A stretch of DNA of 64,000 nt. Source: an uncultured Pseudomonadota bacterium. Lineage in GTDB: Bacteria > Oederibacteriota > Muellerivitia > Muellerivitales > Muellerivitaceae. Numbering within the stretch: the stretch's first letter is position 1; every line of letters starts with the position of its first letter. The stretch spans positions 1 to 64,000 of the forward strand of contig CAWJKT010000003.1 in the NCBI GenBank assembly GCA_963843375.1, read 5' to 3'. The translations under genes and the position numbers were made by a program. Shown piece by piece: positions 1-9,900 of the stretch. Under the pieces are notes generated by a model, which worked only from the letters and a program-made list of their open reading frames with translations, did not search any database and was not told the origin of the DNA.

Positions 1-20
1 GCTGCCGGGATTTTAAAATG

Positions 21-55
21 AACCCAGGCCCTTGAAAAAGGGTCTGGGTTTTTTT
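21..55 (+). terminator. Intrinsic terminator hairpin at the convergent end of the DUF2723 gene
   Basis: AACCCAGGCCCTT-GAAA-AAGGGTCTGGGTT followed by a T run. Confidence 0.75.
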
Positions 56-2228
56 ATTTGGCCTGTTTATCTAGTAAGGCGATCATTCTTTTAGCCTGGT
101 TGTCATTGGGGGAAATTACTAAGGCCATTTGAAGTTCCCTTAAGGATTTGTCCGGGGCTCCGTCTTCCAGGTATTTTTTTGCGGAATTTTCCAGGTCTAA
201 TAAAACCTTATTTGTGTTTCCTAGAAACTTATCACCCTCTGCCCGCCGGTCCCATGTTTCGGCAATCCAGGATTTTTCCTCCATGAGACTAAGGGCGCGG
301 TCATAAAGTAAATCCCAATTAGATAGATTCCCTTCGGTTTTTAGGTAATTAGCAATATTAAGAAAGGGATGGGCGCAAGTATCCAATAAGAGATAATCCG
401 AAGGATCGCGATCGCTTTTCAAGGCTTTTAACGATTTGTTCCAGAAGTCATTTGATTCGAGTAGCGAATTTACATCGGAATTTTTTTCAGGTTTGGTCAC
501 CCAGTGCAATAAAATTCCTGAAAGCCTAAATCTGTAACCAGGAAGATGACTTAAAAAAAGATCCACAAAGCTCCCATTCGAAAAAGTGAAAAAAACAGGG
601 CGGCTTGAATAATTGATTGTTTTCGAAATGGAATCAAAGGGTGATGCGGGCGCCTGGGAGGTCGCGCTCAAATTCATCGAACGAACCGCTTCAACATATT
701 CATAGGGTTCGCGAAAAAGCCCGGTTAAGAAAATAGAGCTGTCGGTCCTTAATAACTCGACATTTCGCAAATAACTAGTTGAGAAAAAATCATAATCCGT
801 TTCCGCGAAGTAGATCGCACCCCTGTCCAACGAACGCAGGGCTTCCAAACCATAATTGTAATAAAGGAGTTTTCCTTTTTGGTCATTCGCGCCATAGTTT
901 TTTGAAACCTGCATGATCCCAAATATTGGTATCGATAAGGCGATGAGGATTTTTAATAGCAAGATGTGAGGCGGCTTTAAACGATTATCGTTATTGAGAA
1001 AATTTAGAAAAAATAATCCAATTCCTGCGGAAATTACCAACCATTCAATCCAAACGGGAGTTAAAAGGTAATCGTCCAGATGCCAGAATTCAGGTGGAGT
1101 TAGACGTTGGTAAAGAAGAGGGACGGTGACCGAGGTTAGAAAAGTGAATAACAGTATGTCAGGTATTTTTTGGCATTCATTTCTCCAAAGAAAAAGGAAT
1201 CCCGTCAGAAAAAGAAAAATGAACAACCATGAAGGAAAAGGGAAGAGCAGATCCAATGAATAGGTTATTTTTTTCTCTAAAAACGGGAACGTCTCCCCGA
1301 AAATGTGGGAAATGCCGTCGGCGCTTGGAAGGCGTTGAGAAAATAGAGAATTCGAAAGATTTGATTCGAATTCTCTTGCCTGTTCTCTAGTTACGCAATT
1401 CAAAAACCGATTAAACGTATAAGGGGCCCCGAAGTTTAGGGCGGGGTGCAGGTTGGAGCGAAGCGGTAAAAAAAGGTATGGACTCAACCCAATTAAGATG
1501 ACGGTAAGGGTCCATAATATATTAATGAAACCTATCCGTAATTGGCGATCCTTCGGAAGTGTTTTTTGAAAGTAAAAAAGGTAAAGGCAAAATAAAAGTG
1601 ATGGAATAAAAAGAAATTGGGTTTGCCAGTGATTGCAAAGCGCTACCGCGAATAAAAAAAATAAAAGAAGGAAGGATGAGGGGGATTTTGTTTTGTTTAA
1701 AGTACCACCTTGTTTTTGAATGAAAAGTTGCAAAAAGATCAAAATCGTCAGATTAATCACGGCTTGTAAGATATATAAGCCACCTTTAGCCGTGAGTGCG
1801 GCTTCCCAATAGTTTTTTGAAAAAGATAGCGAAAAAGTTCCGAAAGCGCAAAGGCTGCAAAGCAGAAAATAAAATAGAGTGCTAGGGGCCCTGGACTGAA
1901 AAGAGGGATATAGCAGTAACCACAAATTAATCCCCAGAAGCAGACCCCCAAATGAGGCCAGCACGGCGGCGTACAAATTAAATTGTAGCGCAGGATTAAA
2001 CAGTTGAAAAAGTTCCGTCAATCGGCCCATTAGCGTATAGAGAGGGTAACCGGGTGGATGGGAGATTCCCAAGGTGCAGCATGCCGTAATGATTTCAGGG
2101 GAGTCATCATGAAAAAAAGTCGGACTTAATGTTAAAATGTAAACAATGAACGGAGTCAAAAAGAGGAAAATCATTAAAAGCAACGGGGGAAATGGAATTT
2201 TTATATTTTGAGGCATGGATTTTTGCAT
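54..2228 (-). CDS. DUF2723 / TMEM260-like GT-C fold membrane glycosyltransferase with C-terminal TPR-like helices
   Basis: 724 aa; N-terminal motif HDDSPEI...LGISHPPGYPLY after TM1; many TM helices; YLFLPLRS..HPALNFG; helical TPR-like C-terminus. Confidence 0.8.
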   Translation of the reverse strand: MQKSMPQNIKIPFPPLLLMIFLFLTPFIVYILTLSPTFFHDDSPEIITACCTLGISHPPGYPLYTLMGRLTELFQLFNPALQFNLYAAVLASFGGLLLGINLWLLLYPSFQSRAPSTLFYFLLCSLCAFGTFSLSFSKNYWEAALTAKGGLYILQAVINLTILIFLQLFIQKQGGTLNKTKSPSSFLLLFFLFAVALCNHWQTQFLFIPSLLFCLYLFYFQKTLPKDRQLRIGFINILWTLTVILIGLSPYLFLPLRSNLHPALNFGAPYTFNRFLNCVTREQAREFESNLSNSLFSQRLPSADGISHIFGETFPFLEKKITYSLDLLFPFPSWLFIFLFLTGFLFLWRNECQKIPDILLFTFLTSVTVPLLYQRLTPPEFWHLDDYLLTPVWIEWLVISAGIGLFFLNFLNNDNRLKPPHILLLKILIALSIPIFGIMQVSKNYGANDQKGKLLYYNYGLEALRSLDRGAIYFAETDYDFFSTSYLRNVELLRTDSSIFLTGLFREPYEYVEAVRSMNLSATSQAPASPFDSISKTINYSSRPVFFTFSNGSFVDLFLSHLPGYRFRLSGILLHWVTKPEKNSDVNSLLESNDFWNKSLKALKSDRDPSDYLLLDTCAHPFLNIANYLKTEGNLSNWDLLYDRALSLMEEKSWIAETWDRRAEGDKFLGNTNKVLLDLENSAKKYLEDGAPDKSLRELQMALVISPNDNQAKRMIALLDKQAK

Positions 2229-2676
2229 GGGGAGAGCCGTTTGAGCTGATGAAATTGTATAAACAGGTTAATCCAGGAAATTTTAGTTCATATTAGATTC
2301 TGAGAACACAAATGAATAAAACAAAACCCAAAAAATTGAGGAAAGTTTGGAAGATAAGGCCCCAGTCCAGAATCCAAAAATCTACCAAACGTGAAGTGTT
2401 GGATAGGATCAAAAAGCGGGATGTGCGGCAGGGCCTGGAAGAATAACCGAATAAGGTAAGTCGGTTCCCGAAACCGAGCTTTAAACGCTTGGAAACATGA
2501 CAAAGATCATTCTTTTGAGTACATCCGGCCTAAAAGTACAAACGGCTGTTCTGTTTGGATTTATATAGTAAAATGCTTAATCGAATTGTTTTTTGTTTCG
2601 GAAACCCTTATATTTTAAGTACATTTCTGACGGCTTAAGTGCTTTGTGGAGCTGATTTTTCTTCTAGGAGACCAAA

Positions 2677-4547
2677 ATGAAAGTTGTGAATGAAGTTAAT
2701 TGGATGATTGGCGGCCCCCAAGGGACGGGCGTGGATTCTTCGGCCAATCTTTTTTCCCAAGCTTGCGCGACGGCTGGATCTGTGGGTTTTTGGAAAGCGC
2801 GAATACCATTCGAATATTAAAGGAAAGCATAGCTATTTCCAAGTCCGTGTATCGGACAAGCCCATTCATAGCCATGTCGATGAAGTCCAAATTCTGGCGA
2901 CTTTCGAAGACTCAACCGCCCGCCTACATTCCCACGAAGTTGTTAAAGGCGGGGCCCTTATTTATGATCCGACAAAAATTACCCTGGATGACCTGAATCT
3001 TAAATCCGGTGTTATTACTTTACCTATCGATTTCAATTCGGTCATTCGTCACGTGGCTGAAGTGACCGGAATGGAATATGGAACGCTTTCTCTTATGAAA
3101 AATACGATCGCCGTTGCTGCATCAATGGCTTTGTTGCGAATGGATATGGCTCATGTAGAAGAAACTTTATCTCGAATATACACTGGAAGAAAAGCCAAGT
3201 TGGTCGCTTCCCAACGTGGCAGCTTCGAAAAAAGCTTATGAAGCCGTCGATGCCTTACCGGATGAATTGCATGCACAGTTTCCCTACCACTTGGAACCTA
3301 AAAAAAGCACCCCGAAACGTCTCTTAATCAACGGCGCGCAAGCAACCGCTTTAGGTAAATTAAAAGCGGGTTGTCGGTATCAATCTTTTTATCCCATCAG
3401 TCCCGCAACGGATGAAAGCAATTATCTCGAAAGCCATCCGGAATATGGTATTGCGGTAGTCCAATGTGAGGATGAGATTGCCGCCATGGATATGGCCCTT
3501 GGTGCGGCCACTACCGGAGTCGGGCTTCCACGGCCACCTCAGGCCCCGGTTTTTGCCTCATGGCAGAAGGGCTGGGTTGGGGCGGAATGAATGAAGTTCC
3601 GGTTGTCGTTTTCGATTATCAAAGGGGTGGGCCTTCCACCGGGTTACCCACGCGCCACGAGCAAGGTGATTTAATGTTTGCGGCATTCGGAGGTCACGGG
3701 GAATACCCTCGGCTGGTGATGTCACCCTCGACCATCAACGATCATTTTCATCTCGCCTTCGAGGCCTTCAATTATGCCGATAAGTTTCAAACCCCTGTAA
3801 TCATTTTGAACGACAAGTTTTTAACCCACAGTCTGGAAACCATTCCTCCCTTTAAAGAAGATAACCTTGTAATTGATCGGGGTCAGTTTGGCTACGCCTC
3901 AGGAATTGGAAACAGCCATAGCGGATGGCAAGGGGTTTCCTCGATTCCGTCCCGATCCTAAGACTGTAATTTCAGCCCGTCCCTATCCTGGCCAAGAAGG
4001 AAGTCCCTATTGGATGACCGGGGATGAACATGATGATTATGGCCATATCACTGAAAATCCCGAGACCCGCATGAAAATGCACGAGAAGAGGATGAATAAA
4101 TACCGCCTCATGTTGGAACAAATCCCCGAAGACCGACAGTTCAGTTTTCATGGCGATCCCAACGCGGACATTACCTTGGTTTGTTGGGGAACCACCTATG
4201 GGGTTTTGGAGGATTCCCTGCCGGTCTTGAAGGAAAAAGGAATAACGGCCAACTTCCTCCATATCCGTATGTTGCATCCTTTTCCAATCTCTGCCGAAAA
4301 AATTCTAAAGAAAGCTAAAAAATTGATTTTGGTTGAGAATAATTGGGGTACCCAGTTGGGCCATTTAATCCGTATGAGCACGGGAATTTTTATTTCCTCC
4401 CAGGTAGTTAAATATACGGGAAGGCCTATGTCATTAAATGAGATTGTTGATTCAATTGAAAAGGTCGCGAAAAAACTAGTTGCTCCGGAGACGGATTCTT
4501 TAACCGGAATGTCGATAGAAAAGGTGGTGTTAACATATGGTCTCTAA
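2677..4547 (+). CDS. korA: 2-oxoacid:ferredoxin oxidoreductase alpha subunit (gamma-alpha fusion), broken by about 4 frameshifts (~2779, ~3216, ~3520, ~3885)
   Basis: ATG at 2677 after GGAG reads MKVVNEVNWMIGGPQGTGVDS; the fragments carry EYHSNIKG, YPISPA, EDEIAA, QRGGPSTGLPT, TGDEHD and VENN in the expected order. Confidence 0.85.
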
Positions 4548-5520
4548 ACTTCAATCTCCTTTAACGGTAGCCGCTTATAAAAGCGACGTCCATAACGATT
4601 GGTGCCCCGGTTGCGGTGATTTTGGAATATTACAAGCCATTCAGCAATGCTGCGCGGAACTTACTTTGCCACCTTGGGAAACCATGGTTTTTGCCGGTAT
4701 CGGTTGTTCAGGAAAAGTATTTAATTACATGTCAACCCATGGGGTTCACACCCTTCATGGCCGTGTTCTTCCGTTTGCCGTTGGCGCTAAATTGGCCAAT
4801 CCGGAATTGGAAGTCATCGCGGTTGGCGGCGACGGTGATGGTTACGGAATCGGTGCGGGCCACTTCGTGCACGCCGGACGCCGGAACGTGGATATGGCTT
4901 ACATCGTTATGACGAATGAAGTCTATGGATTGACCAAGGGTCAAGCGGCCCCCACTTTGGGGCGGGGTCAGCAAACCAAATCTCTTCCTCTTCCCAATAC
5001 GAACGATGCCATCCAACCGTTGGCGTTAGCCCTTAGCTCCGGTTACACCTGGATCGGACGCAGTTACGCTTTTGACGGGAAACACTTAAAAGAAATGATT
5101 AAGAAAGCGATTGAACACAAAGGAATGGCCTTGTTGGATGTTCTCCAACCTTGTCCAACATTCAATGACATTCATACTGCCGAATGGTTTAACAAAAAGG
5201 TGAAAGGCCCTGGGGAAAATGTCATGTTGCCCCGTATCTTTAACATCAACGAGGCGGGCCATGATGGTTCGGTGAAAGACCCCACGAACTTCGACGAAGT
5301 TTCCGAAAAACAACGGAAAGCTTTTGAGATGGCTTATTACCATGGTGATCGTGCTCCGGTCGGTCTTTTTTATGAGATCAAACTTCCGACTTATGTGGAA
5401 CGTATGCAGGCTCAAGCTCCGATGTTGAAAAAGTATGCTCCGGCCCGGGTTCCCTACGAAGACGCGAGTCATTTACCAACTACCGACCTCACCAAAGCCT
5501 ACGATGAATTTATGTATTGA
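4537..5520 (+). CDS. korB: 2-oxoacid:ferredoxin oxidoreductase beta subunit
   Basis: WCPGCGDF, GIGCS, HGR, TPP-binding GGDGDG...N, YGLTKGQ, QPCPTFN. Confidence 0.92.
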   Translation: MVSKLQSPLTVAAYKSDVHNDWCPGCGDFGILQAIQQCCAELTLPPWETMVFAGIGCSGKVFNYMSTHGVHTLHGRVLPFAVGAKLANPELEVIAVGGDGDGYGIGAGHFVHAGRRNVDMAYIVMTNEVYGLTKGQAAPTLGRGQQTKSLPLPNTNDAIQPLALALSSGYTWIGRSYAFDGKHLKEMIKKAIEHKGMALLDVLQPCPTFNDIHTAEWFNKKVKGPGENVMLPRIFNINEAGHDGSVKDPTNFDEVSEKQRKAFEMAYYHGDRAPVGLFYEIKLPTYVERMQAQAPMLKKYAPARVPYEDASHLPTTDLTKAYDEFMY

Positions 5521-5536
5521 GTGAAAAGTCGTCCTG

Positions 5537-5567
5537 GCCCGAATCCTTTGTGGATTCGGGCTTTTTT
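5537..5567 (+). terminator. Intrinsic terminator after korB
   Basis: GCCCGAATCC-TTTGT-GGATTCGGGC followed by TTTTTT. Confidence 0.85.
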
Positions 5568-5665
5568 ATTTTGAAATGATTTTTTTGCTCGTTCAACAAA
5601 GTGGGTTGGTGAAAATAAGCGATTTTTGTTAAAGCCGATTCAAATTTATCTTCCGAAGGCGGGTT

Positions 5666-6469
5666 TTGCCTAATTCCATTGCGGTTATTCCCATTTTCAA
5701 CGAAGAAAAAACCCTTTTGAATATTCTCGAAAGGGTAAGCAAGCAAGTCGATTATTTAGTCTGTGTGAACGATGGGTCGCGCGACAAAACGTTGGAAATA
5801 TTAAAGGCCTATGCCCGCAAACATAAAAAATTATTTATCGTTAATTTATCCGTCAATGTCGGTATGGCCGGAGCCTTAAAAAACGGGTTTTTGTTTGTTT
5901 TATACTTGGTTCAAATTGGGAGAGCGAGTCCGGATGATGTTGTAGTTACGATTGACGCCGATGGACAACACAAGCCTGAGTACATCTCGGCCGCCCAAAG
6001 ATACATGGTTCGAAAAAAAGCTGATGTAATATTAACCCGCCGAAATTTTTCGGTTTACCCGGTGTACAAGATTTTAGGTAACCGCTTCTTGAGTTGGACC
6101 AATTCAATCTTATCCGGAGTGAAATACAAAGACGTTGAATCGGGGTTACGGCTTTTGAAGGTTAAAACTTTAAAGCCGATATTGGAATACTACACGGGGG
6201 TTCAATATTCCTGCGCCCAGGAAATCGCCCTCATTTCTGCCCGATCCAGGTTTAAAATAGATAATAACTTTGAGGTGGATATAGCCTATTATCGAGCTGG
6301 CACCACGGTTTGGGATGGATTTATCGTTCTCTTTTTAAGCTTCATCACGTTTGGACGCTGGTGTCTCAAGCTTAGTAAAAGCGTTGATATTGACGAAACT
6401 TTTATGCGCAAATCATTTCAAGATTCGAAAAATTTATGGAAAGTAAAAAACCATTTGAGAGATAAATGA
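5666..6469 (+). CDS. GT2 glycosyltransferase, DPM1-like (polyprenol-phosphate sugar synthase type)
   Basis: VIPIFNEE, VNDGSRD, DADGQH, DVESG motifs; TTG start. Confidence 0.85.
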   Translation: MPNSIAVIPIFNEEKTLLNILERVSKQVDYLVCVNDGSRDKTLEILKAYARKHKKLFIVNLSVNVGMAGALKNGFLFVLYLVQIGRASPDDVVVTIDADGQHKPEYISAAQRYMVRKKADVILTRRNFSVYPVYKILGNRFLSWTNSILSGVKYKDVESGLRLLKVKTLKPILEYYTGVQYSCAQEIALISARSRFKIDNNFEVDIAYYRAGTTVWDGFIVLFLSFITFGRWCLKLSKSVDIDETFMRKSFQDSKNLWKVKNHLRDK

Positions 6470-6472
6470 AAA

Positions 6473-6853
6473 ATGGAACTTAACCTGCCGAAAATATTGT
6501 CTTTCCTTTATTGCAACAATATTCAACAAGATGTATTGAATAAAAACTATGAGTTGCGGGGGGTGTTCCAAGGGTTCAGCCCTCCGGCTTATCCTTGGGG
6601 CGCCGAGTTTATGACATTCTCCCGGATTTCGTATGAAGGAAAAGCCGAATTTCAAATTGATATTTCGCTTCATAATGAGAAGGGTGAAAAAATTTCCGAC
6701 AGCCTTCCAAGGAAAATTCAATTCTTGGGTGATATGCCCATGCACGATCTGATCACGGCCTGGCGAGTTGTCATCCCTGGCCCGGGCACTTATGTTTTTA
6801 GGGCCTTTTGCAATAATTTGACTATTGGCGAATACAAGATTTTCTGTCGTTAG
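6473..6853 (+). CDS. Small beta-rich hypothetical protein, DUF6941-like
   Basis: 126 aa; pattern LYC..I..D.....L.GVF......YP...PGPGTY resembles DUF6941 from memory; starts 3 nt after the GT2 stop. Confidence 0.5.
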   Translation: MELNLPKILSFLYCNNIQQDVLNKNYELRGVFQGFSPPAYPWGAEFMTFSRISYEGKAEFQIDISLHNEKGEKISDSLPRKIQFLGDMPMHDLITAWRVVIPGPGTYVFRAFCNNLTIGEYKIFCR

Positions 6854-6988
6854 CCTTTTCATAACGGTTTTTTGCGAGTTTTATTTGCTAAAAGTTAAGT
6901 TATACTAAGCGCCGTTTTCCGAATCTGATAATATTTATAATATCTTTCCGGGATTTGTATCTTTCCATTTTCATGAAAAGGAAAAAAT

Positions 6989-9900
6989 GTGGCTAAGAAA
7001 GTCACTGGCCCTTTAACCGCTGGATTATTTAGAAAATCGGCATTTTGGCTTTTACTCGCGATTGTTTTATTAGGCGGGTGTTTCCGGTTTTACAATCCCG
7101 ATTGGGATTATCAGCATTCTTTCCATCCCGATGAACGCAATATCCTGGGTCAGACCGCTGGGATCCAACCCGACAATGGTTATCGGGTAGGTTTTTGGGC
7201 TTATGGACAACTCACGATTTATTTGTACCGCGCAACCGGTGAAATCCTTTCCACCCCGGCATTTTTTTACAACCTTTTCCATGGTAACGAGAGCCTAGCC
7301 CAATTTTTCTATTGGTTACTGCTGGTGATCGTTTTCGTGCTGGTTTGTGCATCTTTTTTCAAAGGTAAAGCCAGAATAACCTTATTCCCGGTTTCCGCTT
7401 TTGTTTTTGCCAATTTCGCCTTTTGGAATCTAGCCCCGCTCTTTTCCAATCAGGGTATTTCTTGGATTAATGTAATTTTGTGGTTTTTGCTCTTGGGATT
7501 TCTTTATTTTCTTTACCGGCTTTTCATTGACGAAAGAAACACAACAATTGAGACGGCAGTAGCGGCCCTCATATTTATTGCGTTTTTGATTTACAAATTT
7601 TTTCCCATTTTTTCAATTTGGATAAAAGCGGTGGAAGATGGCCCCGCAAAAGTGACCTGTTTTTTACTGGTGACCATCGCTTCCTTCGGATTATCTTTTA
7701 TTGCGTCCGAGTTTTTCGAATCGGACTGGGAAGGCATTCCCTTTTATTCCGCCGCCGGCACCACGGTTCTTTTGGGTGCCCTTCCTTTTTTTCTCCCTGT
7801 GGTTTTTGCGCAGACCTTTGCTGTGCTGGCTTTTACGCTAATTGTAACCGCCACGCTTTTTTGGTGGGTTTTGGTTTCCCGGTGGGGAAGGGTAATTGCC
7901 AGCCTTTTGGGTTTTTGGGTTTGTCTGGCTGCTCTTAACCATGCTGGAAAGCAATATACCGGTTATGGGGAATGCATGATCATCGGCCGTTTGTGGGCGG
8001 CTGCTTTTTCCACCGCCACCATCCTTGCGGTTTTCATCCTGGTCAAACGGATTTATCAGAATATCAGTATGGCCTACTTGGCGGCTGCTTGTTTTGCTTT
8101 CTCGGTCGTGAGCATTGAACAAACCCATTACTGCATTTCCGAATCATTCATTACTCTCATGTTTGTAGTTGTTGCCATATGTTCCTATGAAATCATCCGG
8201 GAAGGTAGCTGGAGAAGTTATCTACTGGCCGGAGGGTCCTTTGGACTTGCTATGGCGGCAAAGACTAGTTCACTCTATTACTTATTCATTCTCGTTACCG
8301 CCCACCTGATTGCCTTATCCCAAAAATCCGCGAGAGATTGGGAAAAGGATGACAAAAAATTAGGGGACAACCGGGCCTTTTATTCGGTTCTAGCCATTCT
8401 TTTATTGGTTTTAACGGTTGCTGCCTTTGGAGGCGTTGGGTACAAATTCCACGGCGTTCTTCAAGATCTGTTTGAGAAAGAACCTATGACGGCAAACGGG
8501 ATATGGATTGTCCTTTTTGCTTTTTTGGCTGGTCTGGGAATTATGTTTGCTTCATGGGGGGCGGTGGAATTCAAAGTCTTTAGAGCCCAAATGCCCCAGT
8601 GGTTGAAATTGGTCGGGGCCGGGGGGTTGTCCTTTTTAATTTTCTGTTTGTTATCTCCTTGGTCGCTTTTGGATATGCAAAAGTTTATGGAATCCCAGAA
8701 CTACGAATGGCATACCGTTTCTATTGCGGACGCCTGTTATGTCCTGCAATTTAAGAATACGCCGCGGTACATTTATCAATTGAAAAATTTGATGAGTGTG
8801 GAACTTTGGTGGCCCTTGGGAGTGACGGTTGTTTTGGGAATGATTTGGGTTTTGGGACGTTTTGTGGGGCGTTTGGTACGGCCCGTAAGCAGGGGTACCT
8901 TTTGCTTCTGCCTTTTACTCGTAACAAAGGGTTCGCTTTTTCGCTTCCCGATCTTTTGATCTTGTGCTGGTTCATCCCTTATTTTGGTTTTATTGGTTCC
9001 TGGAACACCAAATTTGTTCGTTACATGGTGCCGCTTATTCCAGCATTTTGCATTTTCGGGGCAAGGTTTTTAACGGATATGTTCGAATGGGGTAAGAAAA
9101 TCCCTCTTGGCAAGTTTTTAAAACCCATACTTTGCGGGCTCGTCATCGGCCCCAGCCTTTTTTATTCCATAGCTTACATGCATGTCTATCGCTTTCAACA
9201 TCCCTGGATCGAATCTTCTGTTTGGATTTACAAAAATATTCCCTTTGGTTCAAAAATTTTCAATGAGGCATGGGGTGATGGTCTGCCCGTAGACATCAGT
9301 CCCACCCAGGATTCCCGGGTTGACCGGATCATGAGCCCTGGTTTGTACCGTTCCCAGGACGTTACGCCTTATGAAATGCACGGGTTCCCAACCGACAACA
9401 GCCCCATTAAGAAGAATTATTATGCGAACCTAATCCCCACCGGAGATTACATCAGTATTTCATCCAAGAAGCTCTGGTACACGCTTAACCGACGCAAACT
9501 CCCGAATTCCGCCCGAACGGATATAACGTTTATCCCGTGACCTCCCGTTATTACCGCTGTTTGTGGTCAGGCCTTTTGGGTTATAAGATGGTGGCTGAAT
9601 TTCATAATTTTCCCAGCTTTTTGGGTTGGGAACATCCCGATGACATGGCGGAGGAATCTTTCTCCGTTTACGACCATCCCCGGGTTTACATTTTTAAAAA
9701 ATTCGAAACCGTCCAACCCGCGAAAATCCTGAAACTTTTGGAGACAGATGATTATGTGAAAGGCATCACCCGGGACCAAATGCGTACTATTACTCCCGCC
9801 AATGTGGATTCCTTTATCGCCGAACGACACCAGTATTTGGAAAGCAACGGACTTTTGGCCTCGCTGGACGAGATAACCCCCGCACCTGTTACCGCGACCC

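Noticed and set aside
2288..2503. 71 aa minus-strand ORF in the DUF2723-korA intergenic region
   Set aside because: No recognisable motif or RBS; more likely divergent promoter DNA
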